From positions 51,522,001 through 51,586,000 of the forward strand of contig OZ024749.1 in the NCBI GenBank assembly GCA_964016885.1: DNA of 64,000 nt. The letters run 5' to 3'. The notes beneath the pieces are model-generated. The model searched no databases and was not told where the DNA came from. It saw only the letters and a program-made list of their open reading frames with translations. Below are positions 21,152 through 34,300 of this stretch, in pieces. Within the stretch, counting starts at the first letter, position 1, and the number at the start of each line of letters is the position of its first letter. Made by a program: the position numbers and the translations under genes. This DNA is from Eledone cirrhosa (lineage: Eukaryota).

Positions 21152-23909
21152 GTCAAGTATGAAATTTGTAGAAATTTTTTTTTATACAAATTTCATACTT
21201 GACGACCCAATATATAATTATTATTATTATTAAATCCAACACTACAAGAAAAACATAACATGCAGAAATGCAAGGAGACATGCTTCATTGAGCAAACTCA
21301 ATTTATTCAACTTGCAAGAAGGGGAAACAAGTAGGCAAGTTTGACATGAGTTAGGTGTGGGGGTTATTTAGCTGGTGAGGGATATATATATATATATATA
21401 TATCATCATCCTCATATATATATATAGAGGGAGAGCCTGAAATTACTTGTGTGTAGCCATAGTAAGGTAGTAAGAGCAAGTAGTAAACATATGTACTACA
21501 CAGGTGTATATTGAGTACTTTCATGTACAGTATTATACACAATGGAACTTGTCTCAGTAGGTTATGATGGGAATATTTGATTAGCCACCACCTGATGTTT
21601 CCCATATAAAATCAGTAGCAGCAACTGCAAGTATTTTAAGGCCACTGTTCCCTTCTAAAGCAGAGGTTAACGTTGTGGGACCCATGAAAGTATTCATGTT
21701 CACCATGGGGTCCTTTTTGAAGCAATGCTTTACCAGCTACCAGTCATTCTTCTTGCCAACTCTTTTAGTCACTTCTTATGACACACATAGAGATATGGTG
21801 TACCTATTCTAAACTGACTATACATACATCATATGAAAGTATGAGAGTGACAACATTTATTTTTAAGTTTTGCTTATTTTTACATACATTTTTTTTAAAC
21901 CTCGATTTTCTAGTTTTCAAAAATATTTTAAATCATGACATTAAAATACTGAGAAGGATAAAAAGATAAGTGTCATTCGTCAGATCAGACAAAGCTAACA
22001 GTTTCAATTGATATTTCCATTACCGTTTACTTACCTTTGAATATAAACATGATTATTTCAAGAACAAAAAATAATATGAAGTAAAATAGGTTTAGATAAA
22101 GTAGAATTTGGTAAGGTAATGACGATCTCTGATTTGTTTGATCAAGAAAAATAACAACATATTTCAATGAAAAAAAAAACATTAACCTTTTCTTGAACAT
22201 ATTTCTAATGAAATACATTCTATTTCATTTCAAATAATGGTTTCTGATTTAGACACAAGGCACAATTAAATCGACCTCAGTGCGTTACTGGTACTTTATT
22301 TTATTGACTCTGTAAATATGAAAGGCAAAGCTACCCTCGGTGGGATTTAAACGCAGAACGTAAAGGGACATAACAATATACTGGAAAGCATGTTGTGCGT
22401 CGCTCCACCGATACTGCCAATCCACCGCTCTTATTTCATTTCAAATAATGAAGAATTTTGAGGGATAAAATTATTCATTTTGTTACTAGGAGGATCAGCT
22501 CGTCACATACTCTCTCTCAATCCAGAAGATGTCAGCTGTATTCAAACCTCCAAAATAATGGGCTCCTCCACCTAGTTTAAAATACCCAAGACATGACTCC
22601 ATCGGGTGTTATGGGTCCATACATACTTGAAAATGTAGTTGAACTCAGCTCAGATTCTTCAGTGGTACAGACACCCCACCCCCCATGTTGGACACTGCTG
22701 ATATTAGAAACACCCTCATTGGTATAAAGTTACTTAGTTATAACTAACCACAAAGACATTAGTTCTATAACTAAAGACATGAAATAAGTTCCAAGAATGA
22801 AATCCCAGTTTTCAAAGGATACAATTACAGTGTTACAGCCTGAAAAATAAAGAAAAAAGAATTAGAATTAAGACAACTTTATGAAAAATATCATTTTGAA
22901 ATGTTGTATTTTAAAGAAACTGGTTTAACCCTTTACATTACTGGATAATGCAAAGATGCTATGCTGAAGAGGACCCATCCCACCCTTGCAAGCAGGGAAA
23001 AGCAGTCTAAGATGATGAGGATTAAGTTGATTACTTTACTATTGTATTTTAGCAGTAAAGGCTGTATCTCACATAATATCGAAGCTATGAGATTTTGATG
23101 ATGCTATTATTTATTTTGAGAACAATGCCTTAATGTTGGTATAAGCAGCTGGTTAACAGTGGCATGGGCTGGACATGTTGTTACAGTTTAGAGCTAGATG
23201 GCATGGTTGCCACCTTATCATACTCATAAGTTTCTTTTATGGTATAGGTTTTATGATAAGCAGTCCAACGTGTTTAGTTATTGTTGTTTATATATATATA
23301 GTGGTCATGTAGGTGTCATGACAAAAGGGAGCGCCCAGTACACATTGCAAAGTGGTAGTGTAGGAGTCACGACAAAAAGCACCCAGCACACACTGTAAAT
23401 GTGGTTGGTGTTAGGAAGGGCATCGAGCCGTAGAAACCAAGCTAAAATCAGTTCTGTGTGAGCGAATCACCTGATCCCTCACTAAGGGACAGCCAGTACT
23501 ACCCATGCTAGCGGAGAAGATGGACGTTAAACGGTGATGATAATGATATATATATATTGAAGTCTGGAACTAGCTGTTGAAACGGCAAGAGTTCGGCCTT
23601 TCTATATATGTGTATACAGTGTGTCCCCAAAAATGTATACACACTTCAACAATATTCTAATAGATATTGCCTCTACAGGTAATCAAAGTGTGTATACATT
23701 TTGGAGGGACAGATATATATTTTGGAAAAGGGGCTGTATTCAATGAGATAGACATGCTTGTTTTATTGTTTGAGTATAATAAAAAGTTTATGAAGAATGA
23801 AATTATTAATTTAGAAAATATTTCTATAATATATTAATATTTAAAATATACCCGGATGAGGGACTGTATTCATAGTTACCGCCGGATGTTGTGGACTATC
23901 AAGCGCCAT
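19840..23909 (-). CDS. TMEM216: Transmembrane protein 216 (ciliary transition-zone MKS module; TMEM17/80/216 family), 144 aa
   Basis: Exons 23909-23880 (MALDSPQHPA), 22128-22035 (RSSLPYQILLYLN..FIFK), 21013-20921 (TLPFPPGVLPLEV..HFRIFF), 20540-20339 (GKKGNLTER..WQSYVLRLEIIL..ITFA), 19855-19840 (RAAPY*). All GT-AG with matching phases; 435 nt. SSLP, KGNL and YVLRLE motifs identify TMEM216. Only one exon appears in the ORF track. Confidence 0.9.
21148..21210. mobile_element. Tiny mariner-type (MADE-like) palindromic MITE in (TA)n, TMEM216 intron 2
   Basis: TA|TTGGGTCAAGTATGAAATTTGTA..TACAAATTTCATACTTGACGACCCAA|TA. Confidence 0.75.
23617..23712. mobile_element. Tc1/mariner-type MITE, TMEM216 intron 1
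   Basis: TA|CAGTGTGTCCCCAAAAATGTATACACACTT..AAGTGTGTATACATTTTGGAGGGACA inverted ends. Confidence 0.7.
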
Positions 23910-23926
23910 TTTGATACAATATCTAG

Positions 23927-23940
23927 TGTTGCCATAACAC
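23927..23940 (-). promoter_or_regulatory. RFX X-box-like site upstream of TMEM216
   Basis: GTTGCCATAACAC (minus: GTGTTATGGCAAC) about 18 bp upstream of the ATG; matches the GTTGCCAT half of the X-box consensus typical of ciliary genes. Confidence 0.65.
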
Positions 23941-24839
23941 ATAAACCAACAGATCCGCACAAATACCAATTTCCGCTTACATATAGATTTTTGTAAAATA
24001 TTGAAATAGTTATTTTTTTATTTCGAAGTTTATTTTAAATTATTTTATCAATTTATTCACTACATGTATATATTTAATTTTCAACCGATGAAAAAAATAT
24101 ATATAGACGATATTTGTCTTCCTTTACTGCATTCGAAGAAGAGCTAATTGCCACATCACCAATATATATATATATATATTTCTATAGAGTATTTACTTTG
24201 TGTAATAAATATTTAATCTTTATTTCCCCACAAATCTATTTTATCTTCTTGTTGTTTAGCCCCATGTACAAAACTAATTGAGCAGACATATGATAAAAAA
24301 AAAATATCCCACCTGTGATAATTCGGGCCTTTTAGGGATATTTAGAACAAATGCGTTCGCCGAGGTTAACTTTGCCTTTCACCCTTACGAGGTCGATAAA
24401 ATAAAGTACCAGTAATGCACTGAGCTAATTTTTGGCCTTGTGCCAAAAATAGAAATAATTATTTGAAGGAGATTTTAGCTGCTATTTCTAGCCGGTTAAG
24501 CAACAACATGATTCCTACTTTGTCAATGTATAAATTGAATTAGTGCTTATTTTGTCAATCTTGGAGAGAATGTAAAAAAAAAAAAAAAAAAATCTCATTG
24601 AACAGAATATAAACTTAAATCCCAGTGTTACATAAATTAATTAGATAAAATTATTCTAAACTTTGATGTTCATTTAGCAGCACATTTCAAAAAGCTCATG
24701 CCTTCCTAAAAAAAGTTTAATTATTTTATTTAGAAACATTTTATAGAACTTTCGAGATAAATGCCGATAATTTTATACTTAAACGAATTACGTTTGAAAT
24801 ATTGAAAAAAAACAATCTTTAGGTTCACATATATGTATG

Positions 24840-24875
<36 letters not shown>

Positions 24876-24884
24876 AAAAAAAAA

Positions 24885-25054
24885 AAGAGTGCAGGGCGTT
24901 AAAAATAGACGGTAGCCACGGAGTAGGCAGACCCAGAAAAACCTGGGACGACTTGATAAATTCCGACCTCACACACTTACACCTCTCCAAGACAATGTCA
25001 CTAGACCGAGATCTTTGGCGCTTCACAGTAATACAGAAGACCCGCCTTGCCTAA
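24885..25054 (+). mobile_element. RTE LINE extreme 3' coding fragment
   Basis: CRALKIDGSHGVGRPRKTWDDLINSDL..DRDLWR is the canonical RTE ORF end; it follows a (TA)n/poly-A tract. Confidence 0.75.
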
Positions 25055-25754
25055 GTACAAAGCAAAACCTACAGTCAGTAGGCACCTCTAACAAAAATAT
25101 ACCCCCACCCCATCCACACCACCCCTTCAATGTGAAGTTATGTTGGTACCACAACATCCAGTCCGAAACAAATGAGATTGTGTAGGTGTCACGACAAAAA
25201 AACACACAGTCCACGCTGTAATGTGGCCGTGTAGGTAACACGGTAAAAACCTCCCAGCCCACACTGTAAACGTGGTTGGTGTTAGGAAGAGCATCCAGCT
25301 GTAGAAAACCCGCCAGACAGTCCTATACGAGCAAGACAACCACTCTTGCCTCAAGTGGGAAAACTCCCGTCCAAACCCATGCAAGCGTGGAAGATGGACG
25401 TTAAACGATGATGATGATGATGATATATATGCGTGGGTGTGTTGTCGGATGTTTACTAATTGGTAGCTGGGACTGCGATCATATCACTCAAATCAGCGCA
25501 CCAACGTTACAAGGGTACCACAGAAATGCGTATTACGGTTGATTGATTAATACAAATATAGCCTTCATATCTTATAACTGCATATATATGGGTGTATATA
25601 TTCATAAAGCTTATGCAGAGGTGTGCTTCCTGGCACTTGAGAACGATATCAATATTAACTGAAAGTGTAGCCTCTGTTGGACTTAACATCATTCCTCACA
25701 CCGTATTTTGAAAAAGATGCTTTTGCCATTTAAGATGGACAGAACAAAAAAATG

Positions 25755-27045
25755 AGTTTGCTGCACAGCAGAAATGAAAATCAGTGATGCCAAGTCTAAG
25801 ACACTAGTCCTCTCAAGGAAGCCTGTGCAGTGCACTCAACATGTGAGTGGAGTTCCACTGAAGCAGATGGAGAAGTTCAAATATCTCAGGGCCATGTTCA
25901 TGGGTGGTGGAAAGCAGGAGGCTAAATTAAGTGCAAGAATTGCCAGAGCTGGTGCAGTAATGCTCCATCTTCAGCATTCAGTCATCAGAAGAAGGGGAGG
26001 TAGGTGTAAAGACCAAATTGACTAACTTCAAGTCGGTATTCACACCAACTCTTCCCTATGGTCATGAGTGTTGGATAATGACTGAAAGAATATGATAGCA
26101 AATACAGGCAGCCGAAAAAGATCCTTTGGATGATTCAAAGGATCTTTGGTGTAACATTACATGAGAGAGTTGCTACTTCTCCGAATTGTGGGAGCACAGT
26201 TTTGATACTACGAACATGTGGAAAGAATCGCAAAACAAACTGGCAGGACTATCAGGAGTAGACCTCAAGCAAGATGGCTGGATAACATCCACGAGCTTGA
26301 TTAATCTCACCTGGAGGTCCAGCAGGATCAATTAGAGATGGTTGCTTCTGATAGGACCTGCTGGAAAGAGTACTTGAGGACCCTACCCCCACAATCCTCT
26401 CAGGAATAAGTTTGCGAAAGAAGAGGAAGATGTGGTTGTGGAGTCCTGTCAGGGGCAATTGTTTCCAAATGATCCGGCTGGATCCCCAAGTGAGACCAGC
26501 TGAGCTCATGGTTGTCATCCAACCATCTTGTTGTGCCTCATCCCAGGAAATATTTTTGACCAGATTGAAGCATATACCTTTCAATTTTTTTCAGAAGGAG
26601 CAGGGTTTCACTTGTGAGGAGATCTATCAGTTTTCAAAGTCTCCTTCCTTCAAGTGGATCTCAAGATAGCATAGTTGATAATATGTAGGCAATATTTTGA
26701 GGTTGGCATACCTGCAGAGATTTATGGATGTTCACAGTCCACTCTATAAAAAAAAAAAAAACTACCATTTTTAGTAACTTAAAAAAATATTTTAAAATAT
26801 TAAAAAATTTGTAAATCTTCTTTGCCCACTTATTCCTGAGAGGGTTGTGGGGGCAGAGTCCTCAAATATTCCTTCCAGCAGGTGCTGTCAGAAGCAACCA
26901 CCTCCAACTGATCCGGCTGGATCCACAAGCGTGACCACACAAGCTCATGGATGTTATCCAACCATCTTGCTCAAGGCCTACCCTGAATCTCCTGCTTGTT
27001 GGTTTCGACCATAAAATCTATCCAGTAATTCTTTCCTGAGACAAT
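25755..27045. mobile_element. RTE-clade LINE fragment (+, ~25755-26432) followed by two inverted 3'-end copies (-, ~26435-26535 and ~26815-27045)
   Basis: MKISDAKSKTLVLSRKPVQC..QMEKFKYL; same family as 1295-2070. Other 3'-end copies at ~4545-4829(+), 10822-11055(-), 41768-42040(-), 54225-54470(-). Confidence 0.8.
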
Positions 27046-27580
27046 TTGTAAATAAAATAAAAAATGACTTTACATAAAGGGTTCCTTTTACAGGCTGTTA
27101 TGAAAAGGATGGTAGTTTTTTTTTCTACTATAATCCTTCTCGATGGCTTCACTAGCTTGATTAGCACATTCTCAATAATGAACCACTTCATTCCATTTCT
27201 AAGAACTTTTTATTCTCTTTTTTTGTAAATAGTGTATCATACTTGTTTATGCACCTTCTTTTATATTTTAATTTTATACGCGGTTAGTGAAATAAAGGAT
27301 AAGAAAAAAAAAAAGAAAGAAATAGCAGAAAGCACCGAGTCCACTCTGTAAAGTGACTTCCGCAAACTCCCACTCACTCCCTTTAAATTGCTGGCCTTGT
27401 GCCAAATGTAGAAACAATTATTATAGAAGATGAGATTGACCTTTATGTTAACCACCTAGCTTTAGTTGATTATATTTAATGTGTAGATTTAGTACACTGA
27501 AAAGACAGAAATAGACACATACACAGATATAAAGCATTTATATACATATATATACAACACACACACAATCATAAATCTCA

Positions 27581-27613
<33 letters not shown>

Positions 27614-28434
27614 TATATACACACACACACATATATATATACACACACATATATATATATACACACACATATATATATACACACATATATATGTATATAT
27701 ATATGATGGATAGAAAAAGATATAGTATGTCCTATTGTCACAAAGCTATCAAATAATTGAAAGGTTTTTAACCCCCCCCCCCCCAAAAAAAAAAGGAAAG
27801 AAGAAAAAGGAAAATGTTGACGTAAGTGAAAAGAATAATAAATAAAAACTATATATATATATGCTATTGATATTATTATTATTACGGGGTCGATAAATAA
27901 AATACTATTAAATCACTGGGGTTGATTTAATCGACTTTCCCCTCCTCTCAAAATTGCTGGCCTTGTGCCTAAAGTAGGAACAATTATTTTTATTATTATT
28001 AGCTTTACCTTTCATCCTTACGTGGTCGATAAAATAAAGTACCAGTAATACACTCGGATTTATTTAATCGACTTTCAGCTCCCTCCATCCCCTAAATCAG
28101 AAACCATTACTATTATAAATTTTGCCTTTCGTGGCCGATAAAATAAAGTACCAGTAAACACTTGGCGAATTTCTCCTTCCCTTCAAATTGCTGGCCTTGT
28201 GCCCAAAGTAGAAACAATTATTATTAGTAGTATTAATAGTATTATTAGTATTAGTATTAATGAATTACTAAGTGTCCTATTTGGTGACGAATGATGTGTA
28301 TGTACGAATGTAATGTGCTCAGGGCAAAAATAATGTAGCTGTTGTTGTTAATGTTTGTGATGATAGTGGTTCAGTGAACGAGTCCTCTGCAGTTGAATAT
28401 AATGTTATATTTCAGACCGAACCGAATTGTGTAG

Positions 28435-28470
28435 GTCACGTGATTGCCTGTCTCTCCTCTCTTTTTTTCT
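28435..28470 (+). promoter_or_regulatory. SND1 core promoter: E-box GTCACGTGA followed by TCT/5'TOP-like pyrimidine tract
   Basis: GTCACGTGA at 28435-28443, then CTCTCCTCTCTTTTTTTCT (28452-28470) ending 27 nt before the ATG. Confidence 0.5.
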
Positions 28471-28497
28471 ACCATCACTGAACGTCGCCTTGCAAGC

Positions 28498-29428
28498 ATG
28501 ACTTCCCAACCTCCAGTGTTTCATTGCGGAATTGTGAAACAGGTAGGCTTATTAAATGCGAAAAAGCACCCCCTAATATTTTGGATAATTACACCTAGAA
28601 GGAATTTTATGTATCCTAATGATGTTTTTCTACCCCCTCACACCTATTTTAGGGGGTTTAAAATAGAGTGCGTGTGCGATACAGACATTCTTTCTATGGG
28701 GCGGAGAACATACACATATGTTCTAATTTTTCTCCATCGTATCGTTTTCTATCAGGATTTAACCCCTACCTTCCTTTTTTCTGTTAAAAAATATCTGCAC
28801 TGGTATTTTATTTTTGTATAAAACCTATTTTTATAAATTTTACTTACTAAAACAGCAAAACTAACTGGTCAAAAACAAAAAAAAATCCATTTAATTTGGT
28901 CCTTGCACATTTTATATATGTATATATATATGGAATAATAATGTAGTTAGAGGGGAAGGAGAAAATGATGTTTAGTTAATATGTATTCTTTTCTGAAACA
29001 GATGTTTTAAGTAAAAATTCTCATCGAATATGCATCTCTTTGATTCATTGTTTCAGCCAGCGTGTGTGAGTGTGTGCACCTGTATTATATATATACGTGT
29101 ATATATTATATATTGTATGAATGTGTGTATATATATATATTGTATGTATGTGTGTGTGTGTGTGTATGTATATATATATATATACACTTACGTGCGATCT
29201 ATTTATTAGTCGTACTAATACTATTATCAGCAATAGTATTTTCTTACTAGATGTAATAAGTATTAGCTATTACAAATAATAGTGATAATTAAAACAACAC
29301 GAGTAGTTTCTTAAATTGTCCAGTAATGACTAACACTTTAGTAGAACATATTCACAACATTGGAACTTTTGTTTTTCACATTAGTTTTATATCAATAAAT
29401 ATACAGTGCACATATATGTTTGTCTATA

Positions 29429-29487
<59 letters not shown>

Positions 29488-30256
29488 ATGTATAATATAT
29501 AATATTGCTTAAGTTTTATTATTTTAAACGTTCATTGACTAAGTAAGCTACATATGCCTTAATTACCCCCCCCCCCCTGTATATTCAGGACGTGGGGCCC
29601 ACTCATTTGGCAGGAAGACTGTTGCTATTTATATACCATATTTCCCTTTGCAGTCTGCTCTAAAACTATATCATGATGTTAGTTATATATAATAGACGAA
29701 AGAGAAACGGTTCTTTCTCTTCTCTTTTTAGGTGTGTATATATATATATATATATATGTATGTGTGAGAGGGAAAATATATAATCTATGTATCCATTTCG
29801 GTTTGTTTTGTTAGTTTAAACCCTTTCTTTTCCATTTTGTAAAATTAGGGAGTTTGTTATGTAGCAATAAATCAGAATCAGAAGTAGCAAGGGAGTTATT
29901 TAATGTTTGGGTTATTTAAGACCCCCGTTTTGACATTTGTAGCCCTACGAAATCTGACTCTTAAATCTGTCGATGTGGCTTGCTAACAAGTAGAAAACTG
30001 CTATGATTATTTTTAACACTTTACAGCAATATGTTAAAGGATCTAAATTTGCTATCGGGGTCTTTTTTGTAGTTTTTTCCTCTTCAGCTGCTTTTTATTG
30101 TATTTTATTAACTATATTTTTAAATTATATTTTTAAGGGTTTTTAGGGTGTGTATCTGTATATATAGCGGAATATTCCAATTTAAAATCCTTCCTTCTCT
30201 CTTGTTTCTAACTAACTATATTTATTAGTTCACCCATCTCACGTTACATATATACA

Positions 30257-30300
<44 letters not shown>

Positions 30301-30403
30301 GATGTTTATATCTGGCTAAGTCTGGCAGCAAGCAATGAATTTATATTAATGATATATCTATGTTTAAGTAACAATATATAGAAATCGCGGAGATCAAGTA
30401 CAT

Positions 30404-30449
<46 letters not shown>

Positions 30450-30785
30450 CATTGATAAAGTGTAGAAACCAGGCGTATAATGTATGTATATATATATATA
30501 TATAATGAAAAATTTGAACAGGGACAGAACAGAGAGGCAGTACAATGTTTATTAAATTCACGATATATATATATAAATAGTAATAATCGTCCGCAACATC
30601 CTGTACCTACTCATCTCAATTGAGGAGAAACGACTATTAAGTCCTGACTAATGAGAACGTGTCGCTCCAAATATGTCTTACACGTGGATATTTTTCTAAT
30701 CTTTTTATTCTCCCACTCTTTATTATCGTCGACAATTTTGATGCCTTTTACCTTTTCTATTCCAATCATAATTTACACGAGACTG

Positions 30786-30862
<77 letters not shown>

Positions 30863-31064
30863 TCTGCTTATTTAATTAATAAACTTATCTTTTTTAAAGA
30901 AATAGTTTAAAATTCAGTGTTTATGCACAAAAGGTCGGTTCTTTTATTTGGCCGGCATATTTATTTCCATAATTCGAAATATTGAAATATTAAAAAGATT
31001 TCATAGCTATTATCCCATAGATGTTTAAAAAAAAAACCGAATACCATATATGTATGTATATGTA

Positions 31065-31104
<40 letters not shown>

Positions 31105-31285
31105 ATGTGTGTGTGTGTATAGCAATGTGCTTGATGTCCGCGAATGTGATGTTACTTGAATATGGATATTATAATAATATAAATTCCTCGCTGGCTGCTA
31201 GATTCTGTCAGTTATGAAGATCTTTATATATATATGTATAAACGAATACCATATATGTATATATATATGTGTGTGTATATGTATG

Positions 31286-31319
<34 letters not shown>

Positions 31320-34300
31320 ACAATGTACTTAGTGTCCGCGATTTTGATATGTTACTTAAATATGGATATTAATATAAATTCCTCGCTGGCTGCTAGACTC
31401 TTCTCTGCCAGTTATAAACATATTGATTCGTTTTGAGACGAATAATTTCGATCGTTTTTGCCATTTATAACCACAGAGTTTTATCACTGGAATTGTTTTG
31501 AATTAGTTTTTATTTAGCTATACCATGATATTATATTTATATATATATTTATTGAAACTATAAGTTAAATTCCTTGACCGAATTAGTGTCGATGATGAAA
31601 TACTCGTGTTATCAACGTGTCGCATATTCAGAAGAAACCTTAGAATTTATATCTATATATATATATAACGATTACAAATAACTTGCCTCTTAGAAAATTT
31701 TCATATGATGATCATGACACAAGCTCTTTTATATTCTATCATTATTCCATTTTCTTTGACTTCAATTGAATTATTCAAAGTTTAATGAAAGGAAAACAAA
31801 TAAAATAGAGAAAAAATATCCATCATTAGCTGGATTTTTTAAATTTTGTTAACCGTGCTAAACTATCCTTCGTTATAAATAACTGTACTAGGGCAACTTA
31901 GTAATAAAATATTAAGGTTACGGAAATTTTAATTCCTACAAGTTCGTATTATACTCATATTTCCCCCTTAGGCCTTTAAACTTCCGAGCTCCGCCCCCTA
32001 ACTTCACATAAACTCTAAATAGTTTCTTTTAAAAATCTGGTTCCTATGATTTCGTCTTGTCTCTGTTTTAAAACCAGTGTTTCCATTGTGAAAATCGGGG
32101 GTCAATTTAGATTTTTTTTTTAAAATCTCCCACCTCCTCAAATTTGGTGCATCTTTCATCGCACTCAATTCCATCTGAGCCCTTAGAGGGCTTTACTTTT
32201 AAGTGGTATATATACATATATCAAGAATATTCATGACCATTTATTGGTGTCTGTGTGTGGTATATATATCATCATCATCATTTCATTTTACGTCCGCCTT
32301 TTCCCTGCTTGCAAGGGTGGGACGGGAACTGATTCTGGCTTGATTTCTACAGCTGGATGCCCTTCCTAACACCAACCTCATTTACAGTGAGTGCTGGGTG
32401 CTTTTTTACCGTGGCACCTGCACGACCACTTTGCAGTGGAATGATATGGACCCCAGTCCCTATCATCTCATTTCTACAGCTGAGTAAACTGGAGCAATGT
32501 GAAATAAAGTGTCTTGCTCAAGGAAACAACACATCACCCGGTCTTATATATATATATATGTCTGTCTCGATCCACCAGTGATGTTATGGTCTTTGCCATT
32601 TGCTCTCAGTATTTTTCCAGATTGACATATTCTAATATAATAATTTGGTAATTTTTTTTTTTTATCATTTACACCCGTCTTACCCCATCTAAATACTAAG
32701 AGTTCCAGGGTGACGCTTTTGAAAGCCATATTCGTTCCAAAACCTTTAAATATCATAGGATTAATAACAAATTTCACCTTCAAAATCCCAACCAAACGCA
32801 TCAACGAACTATCCTTAAAATTAAAAGACGGTGGGTGTGATAATGATTTCTGATTTAGGCACAAGGCCAACAATTTTGAGGGAAGGGAGGGTAAAGTCGA
32901 TTAAATTGACCCTAGTACTTTATTTATCGACCCCTGTAAGGATGAAAGGCAAAGCTAAAAACTCGGCGGGATTTGAACTCTACGTAAAGAGCCGATTAAC
33001 AATAATTTAAACTGTTTACTAAGCTGTTTTATATTTATTTTATAAGGATGTTACATTAATATTTATGCTATACATTGCATAGCCAACTTTTTAATTTTTT
33101 CAATATTAAGGGTGCATTTGATTTAATTGAATTTTACCACGGGACCCTTATAACGTACACACTTCAATTACTACCCCGCACCGCCACCCCTGGATTGTTA
33201 TATGGCGAGAATAACAATCTATGTTTATACTTAATGAAGTTTTGTTTATATATATATAGTAGTGAAAGAGTGATATACCCATTAGCGTGTGTATGTTTTT
33301 TTGTTGTTTTTTAACCAAGTGCTCGAAATTTTGCCGCGGGTCCCAGCCGCTCAAGGTCAACTGCACCGAAATGTCATAAGAAATTAATTTTTAATTTTTT
33401 TTAAATTTAAGTTTTTTTTTATTTATTATTATTTGATAAGTTATTTAGAAAATTTATTTCAATTTAAAAAAACAAATTGCCCTTACAATGCTCTTTTTAT
33501 AAGTAGTCGATATTTGAAGCCTTTGGAAAAAACTAAAAAAAAAAAAATACAATGTGCTGTATTTAACCCAATTCACAGCTGGCATACTACTACTACTACT
33601 ACTACTACTATTACTGTTGCTGCTGCTGCTACTACTACTACTGCCACTACTACTACTATCTTGAGGGTCATGATTTAAATCATATTCTATCACTGGTATT
33701 GTTTTATGACACCCACTCTCAATTGATCTTGTAAATAGATATTATGCAATAGTCGATCTTGCAAATTAAGCAGCCGGTCTTATTTTTACTCTTTCCACCC
33801 ACTGGTCTGTTGTCTTGGCATTTGTGAATACCCAGGTATACGTAGGTATAGAAGAAAATTAAAGGCATTTGCTGTAAATCTTATATATGTTGTGTAACAT
33901 ATTACCCTTTATATACTATTGTATTTTCGTGGTAGAGGCTTTACCTCACATAATATCGAATGTATGAGATTTTGATATTATTTATTTCGAGAACAATACG
34001 TCAGTATGAGTGGCCAGTTTGAACAGAAAGAAGTGAGAGAATTCTGGCTGGTTTAAATGCGAAAGGGATAAAGGCTTTTGCTGTAAATCTTATATATGTT
34101 GTATAACCCTTTAGCATTCACATTACTCTATATTTACTATTATATTTTCATGGTAAAGGCTTTAACTCGCATATCGAATCTATGAGATTTTGAAAGTATT
34201 TATTTTGAGAACAATATATTAACATCAGTATGAGTGGCCAGTTACAGCCTGTTTCAACAGAAAGAGGTAGAGAATTCTAGCTGGTTTGAACATTAAAGGG

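Noticed and set aside
30645-30682. CTAATGA-GAACG..CGCTC-CAAA-TATGTC decayed hammerhead
   Set aside because: Two essential core positions are altered and stem I is only 3 bp; not supportable without a family consensus.
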